Below are positions 44,850-60,097 of a DNA stretch of 64,000 nt, piece by piece (position 1 is the first letter of the stretch; each line of letters starts with the position of its first letter). The stretch comes from the human T2T-CHM13v2.0 reference genome, Homo sapiens. The stretch lies in NCBI RefSeq assembly GCF_009914755.1, contig NC_060938.1. One strand, 5' to 3'. The notes under the pieces are model-generated. The model was not told the origin of the DNA. It worked only from the letters and a program-made list of their open reading frames with translations, and searched no databases. A program made the translations under genes and the position numbers.

Positions 44850-47800
44850 TTGTCAACCTTATTGGAACATAATTTACATCAGTGAACCCATATTAAGTAT
44901 ACAGTTAGATGATATTTCTTAAATCTATATCCTCATGTAACTGTCATTTCCTTTCTTAATCAGTCATCTTCGTACTTGCTGGCAAGTACTAGTCTGATTT
45001 CCATCACTATCTGTTAGTTTCTTTGTTGTAGAACTTCATAATTTTATGAATTTAAGTTTTTAAGTCATTAGGCTATTCAAGTAATCTATTCTTTATTGAG
45101 CTTCAGTAGTTTGTTTCTTTTAGGGAATCTGTCCATTTCAGGTATGACTTCATATTTATTGGCCGAAAATAGAGTCATACAGTGTGTATTTTTTTTGTCC
45201 CTGGCATTTTTTGTCAGGCATGTTTTTGAGATTTAACCATATTGTGTATACTGGTAGTTGTTGTTTTTTTAAACTGATGAACAGTTTTCCATTGTATGAA
45301 TGTGCCATAATTTGTTTATCCATTCACCTGCTTGAAGATGCCTGGATTGTTCCAAATCTTTGGCTGTTGTAAATAAATAAAGTTACTATGAATACTCATG
45401 TACTAGTCTTTGTATGGACATACATCTTAAGTTCCTTTGTAAATACCTGAATAGAATTGTTGAGGTATACGGTAAGTATATATTTGCAAGAAATTGACAA
45501 GCTGTTTATTTTTCTTTTTCCATTTTCTAGAACTCTTTGTGTAGAATTGTTGTTATATCTACCATGTTATGTAAATGGTAGAATTCGCACATAAAGCAAT
45601 ATGGGCCTAGAGTTTTCTTCATGGGAAGATTTACAAATACGCATTCAACTTCCTTAAGCTTTAAGTTTTTAAGTCATTAGGCTATTCAAGTAATCTATTC
45701 TTTATTGAGCTTCAGTAGTTTGTTTCTTTTAGGAAATCTGTCCATTTCAGGTATGACTTCGTATTTATTGACCGAAAATTATTTGTAATATTTTCTTATT
45801 ACTCTTTTGTAGTATCTCTAGTAATACTACAGATAGTGCCTCTTACATTCCTAATATTAGCAGCTTATGTTCTTTTTTTTTTCAGCTTGTGTCCTTATGC
45901 CCTTGATTAGTCCAACTGGAAGATTTTTAATTTTATTGATCACTTCAGGGAACCCATTTTTTGTTTTCATTGATTTTTCTTTGTTGTTTATCGGTTTTAT
46001 ATTACATTCATAGAGCTTACACTGTGAACCTTTTACGTATTTCACCAAACTTTCAAATACTTTTATACCTCTTGAGGTATAATATAGGGACTTTAAAACA
46101 GTGTCCTTCCTTTTTTCTGCTTGCTATGTTTTGTGTAAGTATTGTCATATATTTTACTATTGTGTGTGTTGTAAACCCCATAATACTTTGTTATTATTTT
46201 AGCTTTGAGTCAAATTTATTTTGAAAGAAATTAGAAATGAGGAGGGGGCAGGGTGGAAAAAAGAGAAATTAGAAATGAGAAAAAATTTTATTTGTATTTA
46301 CCCATATATTTAACATGTCTGTTTAAATCCATCATTTACATTCAAGTTTCTATCCACAATCATTTCTTTCAGCCTGAAAAGTATCCTTTTAAATATATCT
46401 TGTAGTATGTATCAGCTGGCAACAAGTTCTTTCCATTTTTTTGTTTTCCAAAAATATACTTATTTTGCATTTATTTTTTAAAAGCTTTTTGTTTCAGAAT
46501 AATTTTAGAATTATAGAAAATTAGCAAAGAGAGTACAGTCACTGTATACTCTTTGCCCATGTTCCCCTAATGTTAACATCTTACGTAGCCATGGTACATT
46601 CATCTAAACTAATAAATTAACAGTAGTGAAATACTCTAAACTACAGACTACATTTGGATTTCAGCAGTTTTTCCATGGTGTCCCTGCCCTGTTCCAAGAT
46701 TCAATTCAGGATACCACAGTATAGTTAGTCATTATGTCTCCTTAGACTTCTCTAATCTATGGCAATTTCTCAGTTGTTTGTTTTTATGACTTTAATAGTT
46801 CAATACTTTTGAAGAGTACTGGTTAGGTATTTTGTTGAATGTCCCCAGATGAGGATTTGTCTGATATTTTCTTTTATTATTAGACTGGATTCATGGTTTT
46901 AGAGGATGAGTACTACAGAATTGATGGGTCCTTTTTTAGTATCATTTAGAATAGTTTCATCATATAAGTTACTCTTGAAGGGACTTTATAATCATCCCCT
47001 CCTTGTACTTTCAACTCTTGGGAACCACTGAACTATTTTTCAACCTATAGTTTTTCCCTTTCTGTAATGTCATGTAAATGAAGCACACAATATGTAGTCT
47101 TTGGTTTTGTCTTCCTTCACTTAGCAACATACATTTAAGATTCATTTTGTTGAGTAAATCAATGGCTTATTTCTTTTTATTACTAACTAGTATTCCTTTG
47201 TTTTCTATGTATCATGTTTGTTAATCTGTTCACCTGTTGAAGGCCATCTTGATTTTTTTTTTGCAGTTTTTTGTCTGTTATGAATAAAGCTGCTGCAAAC
47301 ATTTGAGATTAATTTTTTGTGGAAAAATATGCTTTCATTTTTCTTGGGTGGATTAACTTTGAAACCTCAAACTAAAACTTCTTAAAGAACCCATAGGAGA
47401 AAATATATGGGACTTTGGGTTTAGCATTGAATTTATAGACATAGTACCAAAACCACAGTCTATAAAAGAAAAGAAGTCAGTATATTGTATTATATTTAAA
47501 AAATTTAAAAATTTTGCTGTGTGCAAGATACTGTTAAAAGAATAAAAAGATAAGCCACAGACTGGGAGAAAATATTTGAAAATCATATATTTGATAAAAG
47601 ACTTATGTTCAGAATATATAAAGAACTCAAGTCTCAGCAGTAAGAAAACAAGCAATCTAAAAAATGGGCGAAAGATCTCAAAAGATACTTTACCAGAGAA
47701 GATATACGGATACAAAATAAGCACATGAAAAGATGGCCAGATGTTCAGTGTCATTTGTTACTAGAAAAGTACACATTGCAACCACACTTTGATACCACTA

Positions 47801-48200
47801 CACAGCTACCAGAATTGCCTTTAAACAAACTGACAATACCAAATGCTAGGGAGATTGTGGATCAACAGGAGTTCTTATTCATTGCTTCTGACAACTCAGA
47901 ATGGTGCAGCCACTTTGGAATAGAGTTTGGCATTTTCTTGTAAACATACATTTTTCATGTGACCCAGCAATCCTACTCCTAGCTATTTGACCCAAGTTAG
48001 CTGAAAGTTCACATTCACAGAAACCTTTTATTTTTGAATATATTTTTACTGAATAACAAAGTGTAGTTTTGTCATTTTTTTTTTTTAGCATTTTAAAAAG
48101 ATGTTGTCCCATTGTCTTACTAGATTGTATTTTTTTCTGATTAGAAGCCCCCTGCATTTCTTTGTTACCATGTATGGTTTACCCCCCAATCTTGTGGCTG
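44850..48200. mobile_element. Cluster of nested ancient L1M (MC/MD/ME) fragments, mostly minus, with a plus-strand block at ~47365-48030
   Basis: L1M 3'UTR motifs and degenerate ORF2 sequence. Confidence 0.75.
45051..45779. repeat. Dispersed direct repeat, 120 bp (45051-45170 and 45660-45779)
   Basis: 3 mismatches in 120 bp by manual alignment. Confidence 0.95.
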
Positions 48201-48565
48201 TTTTACCCTCTAAATTATGGTTTTATTTGTATTTAAAAATAGATTGGAAATTCTATATATACCCATGGTTAAACATATTTTCAATGTACATTACTTCAAA
48301 TTTGATGATAAATTTTGTTCTGAGAAGTCCTTTTCTGAAGCCAAACTCAAAAATGGGGAAGTGCTTACAGATTTCCAACTGGCCCCAAAACGGATATTGT
48401 AAATGGCTTTTTGCCTAACTAATGATAATGGATGAGTTTCATTTGCCTTTTATCATTTGAACGGTTTTTTGTTCACAATAATAGTTACTGTAAGGTGATG
48501 CAGCTGTGGTGAAGCTGTAAAACACTGTAGTATCTGACAATAAGTCCTATCAACAGTGGCTACCT

Positions 48566-49360
<795 letters not shown>

Positions 49361-50139
49361 ATATGATATTTTTTGTTCTACAAGTTATACATTTTTATTG
49401 TAGTTTTCTTTTTTCAACATTTTCATTTTTTCTTTTAAATCCTAGCACATATTTCGATACTTGTTTCAGCGCTCTTGTCTGCTGTCATCATTGTCATTTC
49501 TGTTTTCTGGATCTGTTTAAATGGACTAATTTTCTCCTGGTTATGGGTTACATTTTCCTTCTTGTTGGCATCATAGTATAAAATACATATTTTTGGCAAA
49601 GTAATTAATACTTTATTCAACTGTACTTCTGTTGATGGGCAATTACGTTGTTTTTCCAGTTTAGTGCTGTTGCAGACAATGATGTAAAGAGTATGTGAAT
49701 GCATTTTGTTTACATATTAAAATGCATCTTAGCATAAATTTTTGCATGTGGAATTTCTTGTCAAAGGGCATGTGTATGTAAATATTTGATATATAATGCC
49801 GTATTACCCTTTGCATAGGGTACACATATTTTTATTATTTAAATAAGTGCTGAATTATTTTTGAGTTTAAAAGGCAACCCTCCTTTGACATGGCTCATAG
49901 CACAACAGGCCAGGCTTTTATCTTCAGCAGATTGTCGCATACTCATCTTCTGGCCTCAGCATCAAAGTCAAGCTGCTTGAATATGATTCTTGGAAACATC
50001 CTTTTCACACAGTCATATGCCAAATGTGGCCATTGTTCATTTTCTTGTTAGACTTAAGAAGTGTCAGTTTGATCGTATTATAAATGGTACTGCATTTTTT
50101 GTTATGTCTAATGGAATAATTGAGCTATATCTATCTTTA

Positions 50140-50505
50140 GGAAATGTAGGAGGGGGAAATGAGGAATTATTAGTCAAAGGGTACAGAGTTTTGGTTATAA
50201 AGATAAGTCTCAGAAATCTTTTGTACAGCGTGGTGCCTATAGTTAACAATACTGTATTGTATGGTTAAAAATTTCCTAAGAGGATAGATCTTACGTAAAG
50301 TATTCTTACTACAAACACACAAATTAGTGATAGTAAATAAGAGAGTGGGAGAAAACTGTTGCAGATGATGAATAGGTTTATGGCATAGATTGTGGTGATG
50401 AGTTCACAGGTGTCTACTTTGCAAACTCATCAAGTTGTATATATTATGTATAGCTTTTTGTATGTAAAACATGTTTAAAAGAATGTTGAATTTTAAAAAA
50501 GAAAA
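50140..50505 (+). mobile_element. L1MA-type 3' end
   Basis: gtcaaagggtacagagtt...ctatagttaacaatactgtattgta motifs. Confidence 0.75.
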
Positions 50506-51614
50506 AGACAACACATCCTAGCCTGCTTATATTTTTGGGGAGTTATGATGATGGTAATGGTCACAACAATGACAACACAGTTATCGTAATCATTGTAAAT
50601 TTAATAGAGACTTCGTTCTACTTCTGAAAATTTTTTTCAGTATGGTTGGATCTTACAAAGGTGCTAAATGTTTGTGATAAAATAGCTTAGTTTCAGCTCT
50701 GCGGTAAAATCTTGACATAATGATCATCTGTTTATATATATAATTTTAAACATTGTGTAATACATAAGGATTTTGAAGATTGCAACAATAAATTACCATG
50801 TTTTATTCTGACACTGTACATATATTTTGATTTTCAAATTATAGTATTATAACTGTGGTATGCAGGTGGCAGTGTTCAATTTTATGCTTAAAAATAAAAT
50901 GATAGCAAAAAATGCAATTATTTGTGGAATAGTTTATATTCAGTTTCTGTTGAGTCACTCAGAATGTTAGTTGCTGTAAGAAGAGGCTTTTTTTCTTTTT
51001 TGGTTGTTTGTTTTAGTGGCATTACTTCACTTTGCAATTAGAACCCACTGTAATATTACCTATTGAAGGCAGGGATTTGTGTCTGTCTTGTTCACTGCTG
51101 CATCCTCAATGCCTGGGATATGTAATGTATTTTATGTAATAGAAATTGAATGATTAGTTTTTGAACATATGAGTGAATGGATCATAGTGTTGTATAGATT
51201 TAGGTAGATTTCTTCCAGTTGCTTTCCATTATAAATGTTGATAAGAACCATGCTGCATATTTAAAAAATAAAATTTACATAACATGAATGACTGCACTAA
51301 ATGAAGTATATTATTTAGGAGGTCAGTTACTTACTGCTGACATAGTAGAGGATGCTTCCGAAGTGATCATCCTGAAGAATGGAGACTGCAGCTCATTGTC
51401 ATTTCTTTTATTAATACTTCAAATGTGCTCCCTTCTCTACTGCAGCTGTGAAACTTTTTCTGGTCTTCTCAAGAACTTTCTCTTCTCTGTTTTTTCTCTA
51501 ATGAATTATACTTTCATTTTTTAATTCCATTTTATCTTCACCACTGGCTTTTTCTTTGCTATACCTTTTTATTTTATTTAATAAAAACTACTTGTTGCTC
51601 TGGGGGAATGCCAT

Positions 51615-51990
51615 CTGATGTTGGAAATGCTCTGTATCTACACCATTCGTAATGGTAACCACTAGACACAGGTAGCTATTGAGCAATCAAAATGTGGCCT
51701 ACTGTGCCTGAGGAAATACGTTCTTTTTTTCCCCCAGACAGGGTCTTGCTCTGTCACCCATCCTGGAGTAGAATGGTGTGATCACGGCTCTCTGCAGCCT
51801 CAACCTCCAGGGCTCAAGTGATCCTCCCACCTCAGCCTCCCAAGGAGCTGGGACTATAGGCGTGCACCACCAGTTTTAATTTATTTATAGAGACAGGGTC
51901 TCACTATGTTGCTCAGGCTGGGGAAATAAATTTTTAATTTTAATTCTAATTTAAATAGTTGCATGTAGCTATTAAAGCAGTGTAGCTCTG
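51615..51990. mobile_element. MER3-like relic containing a truncated minus-strand AluJ/FRAM (51722-51921)
   Basis: gatgttggaaatgctctgtatct...ggtagctattgagca; Alu right-monomer sequence. Confidence 0.7.
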
Positions 51991-51999
51991 GATCTTTAT

Positions 52000-54600
52000 A
52001 TATATGTATATGTATATATAAAATTATTAGTCTACTTTCAAATAATATAGCAGTTCATGTGTAGTGAGACAACTTGACTTTTGTGCACTTCCATTTCCTC
52101 CGTCTCATCTTTTTAATATTCTGTCATATGTTTTACATCTACATATATTATAAACCCAGTGATACATTATTGCCATTTTTGAGTTTAACAGCTTTTTATC
52201 TTTTAATGTGGTTAAATTAAGGGAAAATAGCTCTGATTTTTTAGATTTCATCATTTCTGGTGCTATTTTTGTGTGTGCAGATCTGCATTTTTATCTGGTA
52301 TCATACTCCTCCTTGAAAAATTTCATTTAACATTTTTTATAGTACAATTTTGCCGGCACAGAATATTTTTTAACTTTTTTTTTCTGGAAGAGTTTTGATT
52401 TTGCCTTTATTTGCCTTTGTTTTGCCTTCATTTTATCCAGTGAAAGGTATTATCTAGAATGCTCAGTTGCCGTTTTTCCCCCCTTGGTATTTTAAAGATG
52501 ATGCTCCATTGTTTTTTGACTGGCCTTCTTTATTACATGTAGTGTGTTCTCATTTTTTTTTCTCTGTATGTAATATTTCTTTTTTCCTAGTTACCTGAAA
52601 GATTTTTCTCTTTCAGTTTGTTTTTTAGCAGCTTTTTGTCTACATTTTAATTTTGCCCTACTAGCAATTCTCTGCATTTCTTTGACCTGTGGTGTTTTAT
52701 CATTTTTTTACTTTGGAAAATTCCCAGCTAACATCTCTTTAAATGTATTTTCTTCTCTGTTCTTGTTTTCTTCACATTATTAAACTCCAGTTACACCTGC
52801 ACTAGATCATTGGATATTATACTACAGCTTTAAAATTCCTATTCTGTTTTTTAAAAATTTCAATCTGTTTCTTCTCTTTGCGTTTCATTTTGAATAATAT
52901 CTATTTACCTCTCTTCAAGCTCACTGAGTTTTTAGCTTTGTCTAATCTTCTGATAATTCTGTTGAAGATTTTCTGATATAGTCCATTTAGCATTTCTTCT
53001 TTGCCGAATCCCTTATCTGTTTTTGTATTTTGTTCATATTTACCATGAGATCCTTTAATATATCAATTACAATTATTCTCTTTTCTGTCTGATAGTTCAA
53101 ATATCTGATTCATTTAGAAGTCTGGTTTTGGTGTTTGCTTTGTCTTTTGACTATGGTTTGGGTTTTTTTTTTAACTATATATCTATATATATATTATATA
53201 TATATATATTTATATCTATAGATCTATATCTCATGGGTTTTTTGTTGCATGCCAGACATTTTAGGTAAAAGGCAACAAAGATTGAGGTGAATAGTATTTA
53301 TGCCCAGAAACGGGTACCCTTCTTCTTTGATGATGTTGGTGTATATGTGGATTGGGATGGGGCAGAGATTGAGTCAGTCCAACAGTGGTTTGAGTTGGAT
53401 TTGTTTTTTTGTTGTGATTGTAATAGTTAAATTCACTGAATCAGAAACTTGAAATTCCTGCAGTAGTGGACTGCTTGCTGCTTCTTCATTCTTGGTTTGG
53501 AGCCTCGGTGCTGGAGTCTTTCCTCTGTGTTCCAGCTCCATCCTTAGCTTTTAGCAGGTCTTTGGATGCCTGCATCACAGCATGACCTCTGTTCATATTC
53601 TTTGTAACTTTTGATAAAATGCACCTTCTAGTTTTGATTGTCTGTATTTTCTTATCTTTCTTTGAAGATTGTTGAGTTTTATTTTGACAGGCAGATAATT
53701 TACTTTTGGATTACACTGATCCTTTTGTAGCTTGTTTTTAAGCTTTGTTAGGGCTCTTGTTGGCATAGCTTTTATTCTATAACTGGAGTCAGTAGACTTT
53801 GGTTTATGAGCCAAATCTGGTCCACAGCCCATTTTTGTATAGCTCATGAGCTAAGAATGGATTTTTCATTTTTAAAGGGTTATAAAGAAACAAAAATAAA
53901 AATTAAGAAGTATATGTGACAGTGACTATATATGCCTCACATAGCCTAAGATATTTATCTTGCCCTTTACAGAAAACATTTTCTGATCCTGCTTGCTTAA
54001 TTTTAATTTCTAAGGTGTTTTATTTCTTGGATTTTTACCGAATGCTGCAGGTTTTCTCTGTGGTATTTTTATTGTACCTGGTTGGAACTCACAGGTCTGT
54101 CAACTTTGCCTAATCTTTGAGATGTGTTCAGCTTTTAGCTACCCAGTATTTAATTTTTCTATTTCTGATAATTGTCCTTTGCAAGCCTCATGAGTTCTTA
54201 CTATAACTTAGTTTCCTGCCAAAGACTTAAAGGATCTCCTATGCAAATTTTGGAGCTTTCTGAGTATCTACCTCCTCTTTAGTATAATGACCTGCAAATT
54301 CCACCTACCTTAAATTCCCTGAACTTTGGTCTTTGTCTTCTCACCTGAGGAAGATGGCTGTGTTTTGTTTGGGTTCTTCCTTTCTGTGCTGGTGTTCAGC
54401 AAATGCTTCTAGGCAGAAGGCTAAAGTGATCATAGGGCTTACTTTTATTGTTAATTTTCTCTCAGACATTACAGTCTTCTTTGACCTTTGCCCAATATCT
54501 GAAAACAGTTTTTCTAAATATGTTTTTTAAAGTTTTCTAGTTTATATGTGAGGCTAATCTAGTAGTTATTCTTTCATGGTTGGAGATGGAACTCTGTTTA
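52000..54600 (-). mobile_element. Ancient L1ME relic with MER58-like insert (~53785-53990)
   Basis: Degenerate L1M sequence; gccaaatctggtccacagccc...tgccctttacagaaaac is MER58-like. Confidence 0.6.
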
Positions 54601-54879
54601 GCAGCTATTAATAAATGTGCTTTTTTACCTCTGGTATTAGTATAAAACCAATAATTGTAATTGTATCTGTTAAATCTCTTATTTGCTGTAAATTGAGTTT
54701 TGTTTTATGGTATGTATAAGAGGTATTAGCAGAATACATAAGGAAATGTGATTAAGACTCAGTTCTGTCCTGCAACTTGAATGCCTATTCTGTGCCCAGG
54801 GCTTTCTATAACTTGCTAGAGACAGAAAATAACACATGAAGTGAAGATCAGGCTTTTAACCTACTAGAGGAGGTAGACA

Positions 54880-55482
54880 TATGTATTAATTATTTATTGC
54901 TATGTAACACATTACCTTTAGACTAAGTGGTTTAAAGCAACAATTTATTATCTGTTGGTCAGAATTTAGGGATGGTTTAGCTGGATCCTCTGGCTAAGCT
55001 CCATCTCCTAGGTGAGGGTCTTTAAAAAGCCTGCATTCAAGATGTGGACCAAAGCTACAGCTGTCTTGAGGCTTGACTGGTGATGGTGCATTTCTAAGCT
55101 TGCTCACGTTCACTGGTCATTGGCGGGATTCAACAACCTTGTGAGGTGCTTGTGGTCTTAGGACTGAGCACTTTATATCTTCGTTGGCTGTTGTCTGAAG
55201 GCTGCCCTCAGCTCCTTTCCACATGGGCCTCTCAGCATGATGGCTGACAGTATGGTAGCTTGTATCATCAGAATAAGCAAGCAGGGACAATGTGAGCAAG
55301 ACACAGAAGCTCCAGTCTTTTGTAACCTTATCTTGGAAATGAAATTCTGTCACTTTTACTGTATTCTATTTAAGAAACAAGTCACTAGGTGCAGCCAACA
55401 CTCAAGAGGAGGAGATGATACAAGGGCATGAATAGTGGACGCAGAGATAGTTGGCAACCATTTTAGAAGCTGCCTACAACAG
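54880..55482. mobile_element. MLT1F-like MaLR LTR
   Basis: ccacatgggcctctc...cattttagaagctgcctacaaca terminus. Confidence 0.75.
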
Positions 55483-56057
55483 CATGTGGCATATTAATTA
55501 TATAAAGAATTGTAAATGGGTCTATAAAATAATGTAACAACGTCAATATATACCACATAATAATTTGCTGCATGGTATGCTGAGGTGCCTCACCACTGAT
55601 GATTATTTTATTTAAGCCTTTTCCAGTATTCTCTGGGAGAGGTGGTATTTATTATCTCCAGTTTACAGATTGATGTTCAGTGAGGTTACCTAGCTATGAT
55701 GTAGCAGAACTGAGACTCCAGTCTAGACACTGCTGATTCTAGCACCCATACTTTTAATTTCTATGTCTTGTCAGCATTAAAATAAAATTACTTTTTTTGG
55801 AGCACTTCTTCTGTGCCAAGCATTATGATAAGTGGTTTATATATGTTAACCTTATTTAAGGCTCGTGGCAACTCTATTAAGTCTCCTTATCTTACTGATA
55901 TTACACTCGAGCTTCCAGATTCAGAAAAAGTACTTTGAAAAATCAAATATATTTATTGTTCCAGAGACATTAAACAAATATTACCCAAAGAATCTCTGTA
56001 AATACCGAAAGAAATGAATCATTTAAATACCTTAGTACCTTAAAAAGGTGATATCAA

Positions 56058-56418
56058 TCTAGCCTAGGCAACATGCCGAGATTTTGTCTCTCTCTCCCCT
56101 TTTTTTTTTTTTTGAGACAGAGCCTTGCTCTGTCGCCCAGGCTGGAGTGTGGTGTTGTGATCTCGGCTCACTGCAACCTCCACCTTCCAGGTTCAAGCAA
56201 TTCTCTGCCTCAGCCTCCTAAGTAGCTGGGATTATAGGCACCCACCACCATGCCTGGCTCATTTTTGTATTTTTAGTAGAGGCGGGGGTTTCACCATCTT
56301 GGCCAGGCTGGTCTTGAACTCCTGACCTTGTGATCCACCCGCCTCAGCCTCCCAAAGTGCTGGGATTACAGGTGTGAGTCACTGTGCCCAGCCAATTTTG
56401 TCTCTTAAAAAAAAAAAA
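56058..56418. mobile_element. Minus-strand AluS (56100-56393) nested in a ~35-bp plus-strand Alu 3' remnant
   Basis: Inner TSD attttgtctct (56080/56395); outer TSD gtgatatca. Confidence 0.88.
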
Positions 56419-56749
56419 GTGATATCACTAATTAAATAAATTTGCAGAAAGAATCCTGGCACATTTCAGTACATTTAGTATATTTAGTATTTTGCAGAAG
56501 GGTACTTTGTGAGTCTTAAGTAGTAATAAATTTATAAATTCTTGAAAGCCCACTCTGAGAAGAAATCTCAACAAACACTGCTATATAAATTTTAGTCAGA
56601 AATTAGCTGATATATGTAATTTTTAAATATTTTTACGAATTTGAACTATTTTTACTAATACTTTCACAAATAAGTTGAGTGGTTGTCATATCAAAGGCTG
56701 AACATACTTTCTTCAGTTATATCGTTGTCTTTGCAAAGTGAATCTTCTA

Positions 56750-57141
<392 letters not shown>

Positions 57142-57284
57142 TCAAGGAATGTCTTTATAAGATATATGTTGACAATAATAAATATGAAAGTTTATTAATG
57201 ACTTTATTTTTGAACCATTTCCTTATAATAGCATTCTCTCACTTTCTGCATTACCATTTGCTGTCTTAAGTAGGGCATAAATGC

Positions 57285-57460
57285 AGTTTAAGCTGTATTT
57301 ATTAGTGCCAACTAAGTGCCAAATACCGTTCTGAGTGCCTGGGATACATCAGTGAACACAATGAACAAAAATTATGGCGTTTGTATTTTAGCAAGCATGG
57401 TTCAGGCAATAAACAGTAACCATAAGTAAGTAAGCAAGCATTCATTGTAGTTAGTAGATA
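57285..57460. mobile_element. L2 3' fragment
   Basis: tatttattagtgccaactaagtgcc...gggatacatcagtgaaca. Confidence 0.65.
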
Positions 57461-58029
57461 GGGAAAAAATTCTGTACTTGTTCTTTTAAACCTTGCAGAG
57501 GAAAATTGCATAGAAAACTATTTGTTTTTCAGCTTAACTTGGTTTTCTTGACCCCAAAACTGGGGATTTAAAAAATACTGGCAAAGACAAAAAAAATCAT
57601 GGGAAACATTCTCTCCAAAAACATAGTTCAAATGATGCTATTAATTAGAAAATGACCATGTTTTGCTCTTATAAAAATGTATTGCTTTTTAAAACTCAAG
57701 TATTATCAATATTGATATATAATATAGTAATTTAATCTCTTAGATATTTTTGGTAATGGTTTATAAAAAATGGAAAGTATTTTTTGTTGTACAAATTTTG
57801 TTATTCAAAATGTATGTTTCTGTAAACTTTTGTTACTATTCAAGTTATGCTGGCTTTAAATATTACGATTTTTATGGTAATCCCAAGGAAAATGTTTCAG
57901 CATGTCTTTTTATTATTTAAATTACTCTTTTAAAGAAAGCTACCTTTGCTTTGGTTGTTTATCTCAGTTGTCTGTTTTCTGCGTTACTTTTGCAGTGAAG
58001 GGAAAGAAAAAAATTGTAATATCTGATAT

Positions 58030-58288
58030 ATAGTTTACCCTCTGTAGCTGTAGTTTTAGTATTCTTGATTCAGCCAACTACAGATCAAAATATTTGCCAA
58101 AAAATACCCCCAAAATTGACTATCTACATAGCATTTACGTTGTATTAGGTGTTATAAGTAATCTAGAGATGATTTAAAGTATTTGGGAGGATGTGTGTAG
58201 GTTATATGTAAATACTATGCCATTTTATGTAAGAAACCCGAACATCTGTGGATTTTGGTGTCCGTGGAGGGTACTGAGAGACAACTGT
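58030..58288. mobile_element. MER2 (Tigger-family) relic
   Basis: tacatagcatttacgttgtattaggt...aagtaatctagagatgatttaaagtat. Confidence 0.85.
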
Positions 58289-59114
58289 ATATCTTAATAG
58301 CTTAGAATTAACTAGGATATAGTACAGTTTCAGCATATAAGTATAGTAACATTTTACAGTGTTGCATATGTTGTCTCAAAATTACTGTTAATTGAAATAT
58401 TAATACTTATATTTTTTGGCTGACGTACCGAATTGAATCAATTTCTTATGCCATCAGAATGAATTCACTTCTTATTTGGTTTTAAAGTCACAGAGCCCTG
58501 GATTTCTGTATTTTTTTTACATAAGATGAAAAGTAGGGGATACCTGAGTTTAGAGGAGTGGGGATTGAGAAAGAGTTTTAAGAAAGGGACAGGATAAACA
58601 ATGGAGTCAGTAAAAAGAGTGTTCTTGATAGATTTAAGAATAGTTATTAAAACAACAGACAACTTTTTACTTGGATTATTCCTTTTTAATTTGGTTTTCA
58701 AACAGTTCTCAGCAAGTACAATTCTTTTCATTCTATGTTTTAGCCAGTGTAAATCAGTAACATTAAGGTAAATGTTGTAGGAGTAAATGGGAAGGAAGTA
58801 GAGTGTTTCTAGGACAGCCCTTTGATTTTCTTCTCTTTGAATATTGGTGTTTTAAAAACAATTGAGATTTAAGGTGCAAACATAGAAAAATAGTGGCCCT
58901 GTGCTCTGATTTTTGAAGCCTCTTCTCCATCTTTTCTGCTCATCTTTTTACCACTGTTTGATTTGTGGTCAAGTGCCCCTCACATTCAGTCTCGTATACA
59001 GAAACTATTTCTTGTTTTTTCTCTCTTCTCTTGTATATGGAACTCTGTCTAGACATATGATTTCTCTTCTATAGCTTTAAAATTATCAAAACATTTTTAA
59101 AATTAAAGAAAAAA

Positions 59115-59241
59115 AAATTTTTATAGAGATGGGGTTTCACCATCTTGCCAGATTGGTCTCAAACTCTGGGTTCAAGCAATTCTCCCGCCTTGTCTCCTTC
59201 TAAAGTGCAGGGATTACAGATGTGAGTCACTGTGGCTGGCC
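59115..59241 (-). mobile_element. FLAM / Alu left monomer
   Basis: Single left monomer. Confidence 0.85.
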
Positions 59242-60097
59242 TGTCAAAAGGTTTTAAATTATATTTTTGCCTACAAATTCTCTCCTGGGGAGAAAATAGT
59301 TTTGTTTCCAAGGGAATTCTAAGCCTAATGATGGAGAAATGACAAATGATACTTGTAACCAAGCCTGGAAAAGAATGTGCATTTGTAGTTTAAGATGCAC
59401 AGTAACTAAGATGTAACTGGTGCTAGACGTTTGTTGCAATTGTTGGTATTTTTATAAATTTGAGGAAGCAGTAGTCTAGCCTGATCCATTTGAACCTTTG
59501 CTTCTGATATTTGGAATGACTGCCAGCTGGTTAATGGCTATGATAACCTTTACTTGGCTAATATGCATGTCAGTTTTAGAATTTATCCTAAAAGTGACAA
59601 TTTGCCTGTCACCTGCAGAGTTAAGTGGTATAATGGCAGCTGAACAATGAGGGAGGAGAGTGGAGTTGAGAACTGGTAGAAATGAAATCACTCATACAGG
59701 GAACATGTTTTTTCTTGAGATAATGAACATATAGCCCAAAATATGTGGTTGAGTACATTTTGTTTTTGATTGATTGTTCAAAGATATAATTTTTAAGTCT
59801 TCATATATAAGTTAATGTATAATTATGCAAGAAGGAAAAGAAAGTGATGATGGCACTTTGAGGACTTTCAGGCTTAGAGCTAATTAGTCTGTTATCTGGT
59901 AGAGCACTAATGTACATGGCTGATTTAATATACAGATTAACAGATTTAAAGCTTTTACCCTTTACTTGTTATTAGGCAGTTAGGTTATCTTCCAACTTGT
60001 TGGCCAGTCAACACCAATGTGTTTCCTCCAAGAATCTCAGTATATGCTATTTTATATACCTTAAATAATTTAAATACATTTCTTACTCTTTCCACAG

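Noticed and set aside
53175-53230. AT-rich quasi-palindrome
   Set aside because: Self-complementarity is inherent to (TA)n microsatellite.
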